A model generated the notes under the pieces. That model searched no databases, had not been told where the DNA came from, and worked only from the letters and a program-made list of their open reading frames with translations. Shown piece by piece: positions 24,501 through 40,461 of a DNA stretch of 64,000 bases. This stretch comes from Octopus sinensis (taxonomy: Eukaryota). Each line of letters opens with the position of its first letter. Within the stretch, counting starts at the first letter, position 1. Both the position numbers and the translations under genes were made by a program. The stretch is from the NCBI RefSeq assembly GCF_006345805.1, contig NW_021836308.1, positions 1-64,000 of the forward strand. The letters are read 5' to 3'.

Positions 24501-26948
24501 AGATGGATCGTTATTGGAGTTTGGTTTGTGATAAAGTTCATAATTACTTTTGACAATGCTTATGTCTGTTTTTGAAGGATTTATAAGTCTGATAGATGGA
24601 TCGTTATTGGAGTTTGGCTTGTGGCCCCTAAGTGGAAGAACAGATGGATGAACAAGACACGTGACATGAATTTAAAATGATGCCAGCAGAGTGAAGCAGG
24701 ATATGGACTGTGGGTGCAGTGTCCTTAAAAACGTTATTAAATAGTTCTGAAACATCTTTGTAACATTTGAAATTGGCAAGGATTTACGAGTTTACACAAA
24801 GGGAAGATAACAGTTAAAACCCAATATTGTATCAGACCTAATCCTAGATTGTGAAGGTGCATGGCTCAGTGGTTAGAGCGTTGAGCTTACGATCGTGAGG
24901 TTGTGAGCTCAAATTCCAGACTGGGTTGTGTGTTGTGTTCTTGAGCAAGACACTTTATTTCACATTGCTCCAGTTCACTCAGCCGTAGAAATGAGTTGTG
25001 ATGTCACAGGTGCCAAGCTGTATCAGCCTTTGCCTTTCCCTTGGATAACATCAGTGGTGTGGAGAGGGGAGGCCGGTATGCATGGGCAACTGCTGGTCTT
25101 CCATAAACAACCTTGCCCGGACTTGTGCCTGGCGGGGTGGGGTAACTTTCTAGGTGCAATCCCATGGTCTGTGTCGTGACTGAAGGGGGTCTCAGAATCC
25201 TAGATTAGCAATAGAATATGTTACCATGATATCATCATCATTATCATTTAATGTCTGTTATCCATGCTGACATGGGCTGGACAGTTTGACCAGGACTGCA
25301 ATTTGAGGAGTCTGGTGCAGCCTTCCAGCTTGCCAGCCCTGGTCAAACTGTCCAGTCCATGATGATGATATCATAACATATTCTACTAGGGTTAGGTTTA
25401 ATACAATATTGGGTTTTAATTGTTATCTTCCTTTTGTGTAAACTTGTAAATCCTTACTGACTTCAAAGGTTACAAAGGTGTTTCAGACCTATTCAATAAT
25501 GTTTTTAGGACACTACACCTATAGTCCATATCCTGCTTCACTTTGCTGGCATCATTGTAAACTCATGTCACATGTCATGTTCATCCATCTGTCCTTCCAC
25601 CCAGGCCCACAAACCAAACTTCAGTTCAGTTCAAAGCCTTTACTGAATAAATCTATCCAAAAATAGAATTGCATTCTACACAGAAGAAAAGAGGTTTGAC
25701 AATCTCTTTTCATAAGTTTTGAATAAAAATCTACCATCAAGATTTAGTCACAATTTAAGTTCCTAACACTTAACTGAATGGTAACTAAGTTATTTTACTT
25801 AATTCTTTGTCATATTTAAAGTAATTGAAAGAAACACAGAGTATCTTAACCATTTAGTATTTAAACCGGCCATATCTGGCCAAAATATTTAATCTCACAC
25901 CTACCCTACAATGTTATTCAACATTAGGTAATTACACCATCAAGATCTTGAAGATATGAGATAATGCATGATTAATTCAAAATCAATGGGAATCAATAAG
26001 CATTATGTTTGATAGAATAATCTGAACACTAAAGGGTTAAACTACATACAGTAATGAAAGGGTTAAACAGGGTAAAAAAACAGCAACAAGTACAAAAACA
26101 ACAACTTCATCATCAACATCATCACCGGTAATGTAAATGAATAAACCATAACAATAAGGTGTTAATAACAAAAGTAATTGTTCATAAGGAAGAACAGTAA
26201 AGAGGAGTAGAAGAATATTTACATAAAGTTTCTATAGTAAGTGGATCACTCATTAAGCTAGTATATTTTCCAGTTACCACACGAATACAGACTGAATATT
26301 TGGTCTCAGGATTTAATGACTGGATATCAGATGAACTTTCTGGTGGTTTTATTCCCATTGGTTTAAATTGTTTTTTACTACCTAAAAAACAAAAAAGAGC
26401 AATTGTGTTTAATAAGTCAGGGAGAGTTTGACAAGTGGGAGGGAATAATACATTTGTTTTTTTGTTTGTTTTTTTTTGATAGAATTATAAAGAATTGTGA
26501 AGGTGCATGCCTTAGTGGTTAGGGCATTCGGTTCCCAGACCCCGGTCGAACCGTCCAACCCATGCCGGCATAGAAAACAGATGTTAAATGATGATGATGA
26601 TGATGATGATGATATATATATATATATATATATAATATATATATATATATGTAATCACATGATCACGTGACCGACCAGACCATCAGATGTTGTTACACAT
26701 CACTGGTCACAATGCGTTCGCATTGTTTTAGCCTTCAAATGACGCCACCCCGCTGGCTAAGCGAGCAGGCCAACAGAAGAAAGAGTGGGAGAAAGTTGTG
26801 GTGAAAGAGTACACCACCCCCTGCCGGAGCCTCGTGGAGCTTTTAGGTGTTTTCGCTCAATAAACACTCACAGCACCCGGCCAGAGAATCGAAACCGCGA
26901 TCCTACGACCGTGAGTCCGCTGCCCTAACCACTGGGCCATTGCACCTC

Positions 26949-26986
<38 letters not shown>

Positions 26987-29165
26987 GTGTGTGTGTCCAA
27001 AATCATGGAGTAGAAGAAAGAGTAGTTTAAGTGAAGGGAGAAGAGAGGAAATAGCAATTCAGTGAAGGAGAAGTAGTGAGAGTAATAGCCCTGACTGAGA
27101 GAGAGTGAGAGAAAGTAATAGCAATGAGAGAAAGGAAGGGGTGATAGATGAATAACAATCAGTGTTTTATCTCTGCGTGAGTATATGTGTGTGTATGTAA
27201 ATGGGAGTGCATGTAAAATGTGAATGCCTGCATGCACATGTGTGTGTGTGTGTGCATTGGAAATAGGATGGTGAACATTCAACGCTGGAAAGAAAAAATC
27301 AAACAGCATTTCAACTCTGAGTATATGTGTGTATGTGAATGATTGTATCTGTGATAATTATGTACCTCATTTATATATAAAATACTACATCATTTTTGAT
27401 GGCATGGGGTCAGCTAGTAATTATAATAATAACAATAAATACATTGAAAATCAAAAAGCAAAATATAATTCCCTACCATTATCACATTTTGGACCTTTAT
27501 TATAGAGTATCTCATAATCAACTGGAATCCCATTTAGGCTCTCACAAGTGAACTCTGGCCACAGTACAGTTATTTTGTTTTGAGATGGAAGAATTTCAGG
27601 CTGCTTAGGTTTTTTTGCTGAAACAGAGCAGATAGAGCGATTGAAACAAAAAGATTATCAATTCAAATCAACAGATTAGAGGAATTAAAACATACAGAAA
27701 TGGAGGCAAAAGAGGGGAGGAAAGATCACAGAAAGACCATAGTAACTTCTATATTTTTATAAGCAATTGCCAGGTCTGTTAAAGGAAAGTATAAGGCGGC
27801 GAACTGGCAGAAACGTTAGCATGCCAGGTGAAATGCTTGGCGGTATTTTGTCTGTCTTTATGTTCTGAGTTCAAATTCCGCCGAGGTCGACTTTGCCTTT
27901 CATCCTTTCGGGGTCGATAAATTAAGTACCAGTTATACACTGGGGTCGATGTAATCAACTTAATCCGTTTGTCTGTCCTCTCTGTGTTTAGCCCCTTGTG
28001 GGTAGTAAAGAAATAGGTATGTCGTCTGCCGCTATGTTCTGAGTTCAAATTCCGCCGAGGTCGACTTTGCCTTTCATCCTTTTAGGGTCAATAAATTAAG
28101 TACTAGTTACACACTGGGGTTGATGCAATTGACTTAATCCCTTTGTCTGTCCTTGTTTGTCCTCTCTGTGTTTAGCCCCTTATGGGCAATAAAGAAATAA
28201 GTATAGGTGGTATCAAAGAGTTCCCGGGCTAGTTCTGTAGCACACCAACAGATGTCAGCACATGATTGCATGCGCAGTGAAAACAAGCAGTGACCTTCAT
28301 GAGGCAGAGCGACATTGCCATGTTTACTTCACAAGTTGTGAAATTTATGTTTTTGCGACCATGTGTAGTCTGCAATTTTGCCATGGACAGGAACAAAGTA
28401 TCAACGTGAAAATTTGTGTTAAACTTGGGAAGTCTGCTACAGAGACAACTGAGCATACTTCAGTAAACTTATGGCGACAAAGCAATGTTTCGCATGCATT
28501 GTTTTGAGTGGCATGGGCACTTCAAAAGCTGAGGAACATCCCTGGAAGACCTGCCATGAGTGTCACCCTTGGAAATGTGTAGAAAATTTATTGGCCTGTG
28601 CATGATGATTGATGAAGGACAATCAATGACATTCTGAAACATTTGAGTGAGGACATTTAGTAAAAGGGACCAGAATTTTGGAGTATGAAGAATTGCATTA
28701 TTCATGAGGACAATGTACCCTGTCACCAAGCTCTCCTCACTTGTGAGTTTCTGGTCAAAAACAACAGGGTACCACTTCTGCACCTGCCCTTTTTGCCAGA
28801 TTTAGCACCTACGAACTTCCCCAAGATAAAAAGGCAACTCAAGGGTCGCTGTATTAACACTGATGTTGAGATCAAGAGTGAATTGCAGAAAGTCTTAGAC
28901 TTGCTTACAGAAAATGACTTCTAGGCCAGATTCTAAAAGTGGTGGGAACACTGGGATCAGTGTATTGCTGACTCACTGTCTGTCCTTCTGTCTCTCTGTC
29001 TGTCTGTCTCTGTATGAGTGTTTGTGTGTGTGTGTGTATGTGTGTGTGTGTGTGTGTATGTGTGTGTGTATGTGCGTGTGTGTATGTATGTGTGTGTATG
29101 TGTGTGTGTATGTGTGTGTGTATGTGTGTGTATGTGTGTGTATGCATGTGTGTGTGTATGTGTGT

Positions 29166-29204
<39 letters not shown>

Positions 29205-29527
29205 TGTATGCGTGTGTATGCGTGTGTGTGTGTATGTGTGTGTGTATGTGTGTGTGTATGTGTGTGTGTATGTGTGGTGTATGTGTGTGTATGCATGTGT
29301 GTGTGTGTGTGTTGTGTGTGTGTGTGTATGTGTGTGTATTGTGTGTATGTGTGTGTATGCGTGTGTGTGTGATGTGTGTGTGTATGTGTGTGTGTATGTG
29401 TGTATGTGTGTGTGTGTGTGGTGTGTGTGTGTATGTTGTGTGTGTGTATGTGTGTGTATTGTGTGTGTATGTGTTGTGTGTATGTGTGTGTTGCATGTGT
29501 GTGTGTGTGTGTGTGTGTGTATGCGTG

Positions 29528-29574
<47 letters not shown>

Positions 29575-32500
29575 ATATGCATCCTTGTGTAGACATGATG
29601 TGATGGTTATGAAAGAGGATCATCATTATCAAACCAGTGATGTCGTTCATTTCCAATCTTCTGTGAAAAAAAAAAACATGTCTAGCAAGGGACAATATCA
29701 TCTTGCATGGAAAGAGATAAAATATATCCAGTCATAAAATATCTGCCTCAACAAATTCCATCTGAAACTTGCAAGTACAGAAAATGGTGATGACGACTAT
29801 GATGATGATGATGAATGATAGTTTAATTCTCGACTCATTTTTACTTCCATGTTTAAAACTTCTCCAAATCTTCAACAGACACAGTTACAAGAACTCAGTT
29901 ATTAGCACACAGACGCTCTGATATACAGCTGATCTTAGCTCTGCAATTATGGACTGGATGACTATAACAAACAGGAGCGAATGAAGCTCTATTGAACCTC
30001 TATTCATGAGCTCAATTCCTCACTGAGCTTGTTGATAACTCTCACCTTACTGACACCTGAACATGGCTTGCTTGAGCTTCATAAGCCATTGATTTTTCCC
30101 TAGCTTTCATAGCAATTAATAGATAACAAATGGATCCAAGTCAAAAGCTTCTTTAATTTGATGAACACTCAACAGAGTGGTTTTATTCCTACCTAAGGAC
30201 TCCTGCAGCAAATATCCCATAAGGAAAACAAATATCAGTCATATCTCTTCCTGGCAGTATTAAAATAGAACTATACTAATTCTCTTCCTAATTAGTTGTA
30301 CTATAATGCTTTCCATAACTGTTGACTAATTGATTGAGCACACGATTAGCATGTGACATTTACGTCTACTGCCTAATTGACTATGTGACAGGCATGTAAC
30401 CTAATTTGTCATATTTTTAAACATGCACAGGGGCAGGAGTGGCTGTGTGGTAAGTAGTTTGCTTACCAACCACATGGTTCCGGGTTCAGTCCCACTGCGT
30501 GGCATCTTGGGCAAGTGTCTTCTGCTATAGCCTCGGGCCGACCAATGCCTTGTGAGTGGATTTGGTAGACGGACACTGAAAGAAGCCCGTCATATATATG
30601 TATATATATATATGTGTGTGTGTGTGCATGTTTGTGTGTCTGTGTTTGTCCCCCTAGCATTGCTTGACAACCGATGCTGGTGTGTTTACGTCCCCGTCAC
30701 TTAGCGGTTCGGCAAAAGAGACCGATAGAATAAGTACTGGGCTTACAAAGAATAAGTCCCGGGGTTGATTTGCTTGACTAAAGGCGGTGCTCCAGTATGG
30801 CCGCAGTCAAAGGACTGAAACAAGTAAAAGAGTGAAGAGTAATTAATATCCCTAATGAGCCAGCTGATTTCACAGCCTTCATATCGTTAATTGCACTTTC
30901 TATCATACAGCTGCCTACTGGAATGGGTAGCACCTCTGTTGGCTCTATCTGGAGTATGACCTTTCTCTTTCATGCATTCCGTTCTTTCAACAAATGCTCA
31001 CAACAGCGTTTCCATGTCTTGAAATTTCAGTGTTACTGAGAACAAGGGTGTTACTGTGATCCAATACAGACTTTTCTGTTATGACATCTTGAGTATCTCT
31101 GACACACTGTCTTGCAATTTGGAACACGTCATACCTATGGTTCTCATTGTCTTGTGGGCTTGTAGGCGCTGTGCTACATAAAAGCAGCCATGCTGGTACC
31201 ATGTAAAAGTGCTTGTGCTGATGTCACGTAAAAGCACCCAGGACATTCTGTAAAGTGGTTAGCATTAGGAAGGGTATCAAGCCATAGAAACCATATGAAA
31301 ACAGACAATTGGAGCTTGGGCAGACCTTGAGCTGTCCAATTTCTGTCAAACTATCCAACCCATGCCAGCATGGAGAACATTAAAAGATAATCATCATCAT
31401 CATCGTTTAGCGTCCGCTTTCCATGCTGGCATGGGTTGGACGGTGCAACTGGGGTCTGGGAAGCCAGAAGGCTGCACCAGGCTCCAGTCTGATCTGGCAA
31501 TGTTTCTACAGCTGGATGCCCTTCCTAACACCAACCACTCCATGAGTGTAGTGGGTGCTTTTTACGTGCCACCGACACAGGTGTCAGACGAAGCTGGCAA
31601 ACGGCCACGATTGGATGGTGCTTTTGACGTGCCACCGGCATGGAGGCCAGGCGAGGCTGGCAACGGCAACGATTGGATGGTGCTTTTTACGTGCCACTGG
31701 CATGGATGCCAGTCGGGGCAGTGCTGGCAACGGCCACGTTCGGATGGTTCTCTTATGTGCCACTGGCACTGGTATCACAGCTGGTGATGATAATGTGCCA
31801 ACCTCTCATGTTTAGCTTCTTCCCTTACTCTGTATATCTGATGGCTAAACTTGTAATCTAGCTGTTTAATATTGCTTTTGGCTGTCACCCTTTCATGTAG
31901 TCTTTCCAGGTTTTTCTCCTTGCTTTTGTGGCTCTATCTACAGCACTATTCCACCATCAAGTCATCTTCCATCTGACTGAGACCTTGCCACAACCACAGA
32001 TCTTGTCATTTGCCTTCAGTGGGTTGTTTCACAATACCTATTTCTTTATTGTCCACAAGGGGCTAAAAATAGAGGGGACAAACAAGGACAGACATAGGTA
32101 TTAAGTCAATTACATCGACCCCAGTGCGTAACTGGTACTCAATTATCGGACCCAAAAAGGATGAAAAGCAAAGTCGACCTTGGCGGAATTTCAACTCACA
32201 ACATAACGGCAGACGAAATACCGGTAAGCATTTCGCTCGACGTGTTAACGACTCTGCCAGCTCACCACCTTTATTGTTTCACAATACCTTCTCTCAATTG
32301 TGTACAACGTTAAATAATCTCTATCTCTTCCTAAACTAGTATTTCTCTGGATTTCCTAAACTAGTATTTCACTGGATTTATAACTGGTTGTCACTACAAG
32401 GTCCAGTCTTTGTGGCTTGGTGATTAGTATGCCTCAATAACCCTGAGGGCCATGCCAGAAAAGTGCAAGCCCCAGGTAGGGCCTCTTGTGCTGGACAGTG

Positions 32501-33662
32501 TTAAATAGGCACAGGGATGGCAATGTGGTAAGAAGCTTGTTTTCCAACCACATGGTTCCAGGTTCAGTCCCACTGCATGACACCTTGGGTAAGTGTTTTC
32601 TACTATGCCTTGTGAGTGGATTTGGTAGGCAGAAACTGAGAGAAGCATATCATATAAATGTATGTATATATATATATATATAGTTAATCCAAACAAGAAA
32701 ACACAAAAAAACACAACAACGCAAGGACGTGGAACAAATATAGTATTGTTGGACGCTCAGGAAAGAAGGAAAGAAGGAGGGTTTAACGTTTCGAGCGGAG
32801 CTCTTCGTCGGAAACATAGGAGAAGGAAAGATCCAGAGAAAGGAAGACAGAGGAAAAAAATCACCAACGGTGGTAAGGGAAGCAAACTTATTAACCATCC
32901 AGCCAGTTTGAAGATACATACACACACACACACACACACACACACGCATACATCATTGTGTGTGCATGTGTGTGAATTGATAATACTGTGGATGAAACTG
33001 TTACCCCTTTTTAAAAACTGCATATCTGAAAATCCTTTGCGGTTTCACAAAAGAGTATTTAGATCTTCGACATTATCTTTTGCGCCATTCTGTTCCAGAG
33101 AAAGAATGTTATGATATAATATATTTCTTTACTACCCACAAGGGGCTAAACACAGAGGGGACAAACAAGGACAGACAAAGGGATTAAGTCGATTACATCG
33201 ACCCCAGTGCATAACAGGTACTTAATTTATCGACCCCAAAAGGATGAAAGGCAAAGTCGACCTCGGCGGAATTTGAACTCAGAACGTAACAGCAGACGAA
33301 ATACGGCTACGCATTTCGCCCAGCGCGCTAACGTTTCTGCCAGCTCATAATAATAAATTGATATGAATTGAACTTACGTTTCCCAGGTTTAAAAACACAT
33401 TCTGCTTTCGTTAAAGGACTCATGCCTTCTTTTGTGCTAATGTAAGCAGCAAAATCAAGTGGTTTCATGCTGTTATTCACCAACAGGTAACTTTCGTTTG
33501 TAGCTAATTCCCATTTCACATTATCCTGAAATTGATGATAAAAAATTGCAATAAGTTTCAGTATATCTGGCATCTTGGACAAGTGTCTTCTGCTATAGCC
33601 TTGGGTCGATCAAAGCCTTGTGAGTGGATTTGGTAGACGGAAACTGAAAGAAGCCTGTCGTA

Positions 33663-33721
<59 letters not shown>

Positions 33722-34539
33722 TTGTCCCTCTAACATTGCTTGATAACTGGTGCTGGTGTGTTTACGTCCCCGTCACTTAGCGGTTCGGCAAAAGAGACCG
33801 ATAGAATAAGTACTGGGCTTACAAAGAATAAGTTCCGGGGTCGATTTGCTCGACCAAAGGTGGTGCTCCAGCATGGCTGTAGTCAAATGACTGAAACAAG
33901 TAAAAGAGTAAAGAGTAATATAATGTTCTTGAAATTTTTTTAAAATTAAGAATCTAAAACAATTTCACAAAGAGAAAAGAAATTCCCACCTTTTGTTAAC
34001 AAATTTCTATTGAAATGCATTGACTGTGTTTCTATTAATTTTGAAAATAACAAATTTACTAAGATAACTTTGTTGTAATTCTTTTCTACTCTAGGCACAA
34101 GGCCTGAAATTTTGGAGGAGGGAGCCAGTCAATTAGATCAACCACAGTATTCAACTGGTACTTAATTTATCAATACCGAAAGGATGAAAGGCAAAGTCAA
34201 CCTCGGCGGAATTAGATCACAGACAAAATACTGAGAAGCATTTTGTCTGGCGTGCTAATATTCCTGCCAGCTTGGTGCCTTTAAGTTGTTGCCAGGAAGA
34301 TAAAATAACATGAAATTTTGATTGAAGGTCTTAATTCAAATCCAATCACAAATTTAAATCCATTACCAGGCGCAGGAGTGGCTGTGTGGTAAGTAGCTTG
34401 CTTACCAACCACATGGTTCCGGGTTCAGTCCCACTGCATGGCATCTTGGACAAGTGTCTTCTGCTATAGCCTCGGGCCGAATAATGCCTTGTGAGTGGAT
34501 TTGGTAGACGGAAACTGAAAAAAGCCTGTCGTATATATG

Positions 34540-34570
<31 letters not shown>

Positions 34571-36456
34571 ATATGTTTGTGTGTCTGTGTTTGTCCCCCC
34601 ACCATCGCTTGACAACCGATGCTGGTGTGTTTACGTCCCTGTCACTTAGCGGTTCAGCAAAAAGAGCCTGATAGAATAAGTACTGGGCTTACAAAGAATA
34701 AGTCCCGGGGTCGATTTGCTCAACTAAAGGTGGTGCTCCAGCATGGCCACAGTCAAATGACTGAAACAAATAAAAGAGTAAGAGTAGAGAGTACCAAATC
34801 TACTTACGAGGCCTTGGTTGGCCCAGGGCTTTAGTTGATGACAACTTATCCTAGGAGCAAGAGAGATGATACAGAATGACTGATAAGCTATTATATAAAG
34901 TTATTGGCTCACCATGCAGTACATGTGGGGAGTGGAGACGTCATCCTTACGACAAAAGAAAATAGTCACATTGTTATTCAGTTGATCTGGGTAAAGCAGC
35001 CAGGAAACATTGTACAGGTTTTCTTCTTTTTGAATCACATACACTGCTTTTGGACCTTTGGGTACTGAGAGGTAAAAAAAAAAAAAAAAAAAAAATGTTT
35101 GGAGTGTTTTATGAACAACAACAACAACAGCAGCAGCAGCAGCAACAGCAACAACAACAACAACAAACAACAACAACAACAAATGCCCCGATGCAATATC
35201 AGGCAGTGGCTCTCATGGCTGCTGATCTTAACTGATTGGAAGTGTTATCGCGTACATTGTTTTGTCTTGGTATAAAAGATGGGCTACAGCAAATATTCTG
35301 TTCAATACCACAGATTTGCTTGTCAGTTGTTTGACCGTAACCAGTTGAGCATGGCCCTTTGTGGCTGACGATATGTGCATCTCTGATCACGAGCAGAAGT
35401 AGCGGGGGAGCATCATAGCCATGTATTGAGAGGAATTCTTTGGGATTTGGATAATTCACCTTTGGAAACATGGGTGTTTTGTTCAACATCCTTAAACAAC
35501 CCTTATTTAGGGACCTTTTGAGCGAGATGGATTACTCGACCAGAAGAAAATTCTAACTGGGCCCCCACCTGCAAGGTCAAGCGCTGTTTATCTTGATATG
35601 GGATCACCATGTCGCGGACATATGGTTGTGATGCACGATATTGATTGCAAGCAAGAGATAATTCCTGCCAGTAAGAGATAATTCCTCTGAAGTCATCAAA
35701 CCACAAATGATTTTCTAAGGGACAAGTGTTTCCTAGTTACAAAATCAGTGATTGTATGATACTGTATTTTCTTTCTATTGCAAGCAAGGTTAAGCCAAAT
35801 GCCATGCCTGGTGAATGAGTATCCAGCAATGAGGATCAAAACCTCATGGTCTAATGGTCTCAGAGCTAGGGTGGCAGGAGTTATGTCCCATTTTCAATAA
35901 ATATCAAACACGAAAAGCAGCTGGTGAAACTGTCTTCCTAGGGTTAAATGGTAATATCGTTGTCTCTTATAGAACAGCCACATTAAAGTGGCCATAAACA
36001 ATACTTTTTGGTTCATATACAGCTTCTATCTCAAACAGATTTTCTAACAGACTAGTTCCCTGACCGCTTGTGTACCGTTCGCAATTTTTTTCCTCCTCTG
36101 TCTTCCCTTCTCTGGATCTTTCCTTTTCCTATGTTCCTGAGCGTCCAATAACACTATACTTATACCATGTCCTCGCATTGTTGTGTTTTCTCTTTGTGTT
36201 TTCATGTTTGGACTAACTTTATATATACATATATATATATAAGGATAATATTGTTAATTTAAAATAAGATAATGATTTTATCAAGTGGCCAGCATGCAAA
36301 AAATAACCTTCAAAGGTAATAATTATTAAAATTATAAATTAGGATATCTACGAGATACCACCATGCTGAAAATAGCAGCCATGAGCTGACTCTAGAGTCA
36401 GCTCATAGCTGCTATTTTCAGCATGGTGGTATCTCATAGATACCCTAATTTATAAT

Positions 36457-36494
<38 letters not shown>

Positions 36495-38970
36495 CACACA
36501 CACACACATACACACATATATATATGTGAAGGTGCATGGCTTAGTTGTTAGGGCATTCGGCTCACAACCGTAAAGTCGTGAGTTCAATTCCTGGTGATGT
36601 GTTGTGTATATTTCTTCCCTGGCTTGCTCATAACAAAGCTGGTCTCATCAGGGAAGAAATTAATGTTGTGTTGGCAGCCAGAAAATCTATTATAAAATTT
36701 TGACAATAAATTGTGGGTCCATAAAGACACACCAGATAGTTTTGATGTTACAATGGGACGTTCTGATTCAGCACAAATAACTGATTTAGTGTGTATATAT
36801 ATATACCTTCTGAAATGGCAGAACAGTACCCTAACATTAATGGAGGTCTACATCGTGATGATTGTTTACTTTACCTTCAAAATGTTTCCAACCAAAAGGT
36901 ACAAAAAGTTAAGAATAGTTTAGTTAAATTTTTCCGTAGAATGGTCTTAAGCATCGTTTTTCATCATGATATGATGAAGGCCAACTTTTTAGATATTACG
37001 CTTAACTTACACAATAACTCTTACTTCCCATATCATAAACCATTGACCAATCTTAAGAACATTAGCAAATTTAGTAATCATTCTAGGGCAATTACTAGAA
37101 ACTTAGTTAAGAATATTTCATTTAAATTATCTAAGTTATCTGCTAATGTTGACATTTACAATGTTAACACTGAATTTTATAACTCTGCTTTACTTAAAGC
37201 AGGTTATACAGAGAAAATTATCTACATTGATTCGATTCAGTCTTATTCTAACTTCAATAATGTAGATATGAAATCTAGTAGTAAAGGAATTAACGATAAC
37301 AAATTTAATTTATGCACCGATACAAAACGGAGGAAGGGAGATAACCCTTATTTAATCCCCTATTATCATTCTAAAGGTAAATTTAAGGCTTTCAAAAATT
37401 ATTATACTACAAATAAGATAAATAGTCGTAAAACTGTTTGGCTAATTATTCCATATGGGAGAAAAATTAAATCTAATTTCCCATTGCAGTTTTGTGAAGC
37501 TATTATTAGGAATTTTCCAAAGAATTCTAGGTATTATTCTATTATCAACTCACATGCGGTTAGGATTGGTTTTTCCAACACAAAAAATCTCTTACAAATT
37601 ATCTCTTCACATAATAACAACCTGTTAAATATTAATACATTTACTAATACTAACATTAATTTAGCTAATACCATCCATCCCTCTAGAAATATTAATAACA
37701 AAGTTATTGTATCTGAAGCCAATTCCAACAGAATTAAGTTTATGTCAAGTAACTCTAAATTAAAAATTCTATATTCCAGTGTAAAATTATTACTCATAAT
37801 AAAGTACAATTTTACATTGGAAGCATGTCATTACAGTTATCTAAAAGAATTTCTATCCATTACTCAACATTTAAGGATAGGAATAAACGTAACAGTACAG
37901 GGCTCAGTAAATTAATTTGGGATCTAAAAGACCACAATGAACAATTTAATTTAGAATGGTTGATTCTCTCAATCTTGCTAGCTTATGACAAAGGCAAGGA
38001 ATTCTGTCTTTTCTGTAATTCTGAACAATTTTTCATTATTTTTTCTAAAAATCCCCTAGTAAACACGGTTACAGAGCATGCATACTGATGTAAACATTGG
38101 CAAAAACACCACCTTTAGTTCATATAAGTAATCTCTATCATTATATATAATTTAAACATTAATTTTCTTTTTATATTTAACATTCACTAAAAATATATAT
38201 ATATTTCCTAGTTTATAAGGTTTTATTTAATATACATATAGCCATATACTTCTCATTTATTTAACTTTTCTTTAATTTATCCCTCCTCTTTCTATAGGCT
38301 ACTTCTGACATTATATCATATGTTATTTCAAACAATATTGATAGTGTTCAGTAAATCACTATACATATCCATCGTTTTCTGTTAAAATGTCTTATTGACA
38401 AGTTTCATTTCTTCACTTCCCTGAAGAGATTGTTTTACACCATTTATTCCTTTGGAATGATATCAGTGATATCTTCAAAACATGTATCAGAAGCAAAAGT
38501 ATTTGAATTACACCTGTGTTAAACTCCATTTATTTATTTATATATTATACAAGAAAATTTCACGTAAACCCAAATTTTCTACCTTTAAAAACAAGGAGTT
38601 ACAACCTCTTGTGTGATTTTTTGCTACCCTGCATGGTGCCAAAGATCCCAACATCACCATCAAAATACAGGACCAGATACTGCAACAGCTTGGGTTTCAG
38701 AGGACCACAGCTCTTCAATATCCTTCCTAAATGCCTGAGAGACCTGCATGGTGTGGATGTGGGTTTCTTTAAAACTAAACTGGATCTCTTCTTGTCGGGG
38801 GTTCTAGATGAACCTACCTCTCGGCAGGAAACACAGATACCGGGCAGCGGCATCGAACTCCCTTGTTGATCAAGTGCCACGTATCAGAGGTGGTTTCACA
38901 TACTAGTGCACCTCATTCAATGGTGGTGCCCCAGCATAGCCACAGCCTTCGGGCTAAAACATTTTAAAGG

Positions 38971-39001
<31 letters not shown>

Positions 39002-39031
39002 AATATACATATAATATATATAAATATGCAC

Positions 39032-39106
<75 letters not shown>

Positions 39107-39421
39107 CATATTATATATATAAATATACATTATTATATATATAAATATACATATTATATATATAAATATACATTATTATATATAATATACATATTATATA
39201 TAAATATATATATATATATATAATATATATATTATAATATATATACATATTATATATATAAATATACATATTATATATATAAATATACATATTATATATA
39301 TAATATATATATTATATATATAAATATACATATTATATTATATATAATATATAATATATATATATATATATATTATATATATAATATACATATTATATAT
39401 ATAAATATACATATATATATA

Positions 39422-39466
<45 letters not shown>

Positions 39467-39562
39467 CATATATATATATATATATATAATATATATATTA
39501 TATATTATATATATATATATTATATATAAATATAATATATATATATACATATTATATATATA

Positions 39563-39608
<46 letters not shown>

Positions 39609-39897
39609 ATATTATATATAATATATAATATATATAAATATACATATATATATATATTATAATATAAATATAATATTATATATAAATATACATATATATA
39701 TATACATATACATATATATATACATATTATATATAATATACATATATATATATACATATTATATATATAAATATACATATATATATACATATTATATATA
39801 TATATACATATATATATACATATTATATATATAAATATACATATATATTACATATTATATATAAATATATATATATATATATAAATATACATTATAT

Positions 39898-39932
<35 letters not shown>

Positions 39933-40281
39933 ACTATACATATTATATATATTAAATATACATATATATATATATAACATATTATATATATAAATATACA
40001 TATATATATCATATATATATATATATATAATATATATTAATATATAATATATATATATATATAAATTACATATATATATATATATATTATATATATAAAT
40101 ATACATATATATATATATATTATATATATATAAATATACATATATATATACATATTATATATATAATATACATCTATATATACATATTATATATAAAATA
40201 TACATATATATATACATATTATATATATAATATACATATATATATACATATATATATATAAATATACATATTATATTATAA

Positions 40282-40327
<46 letters not shown>

Positions 40328-40461
40328 ATATATATATATTATATATATATAATATATATATATATAATATATATATATATATATTATATATATATATACA
40401 TATATACATACACACACACACAATATATATATAATATAATATATATATAATATATATAATA

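Noticed and set aside
36791-37915. 374-aa ORF as a host gene
   Set aside because: It is a decayed Penelope-like RT with upstream stops and a downstream frameshift
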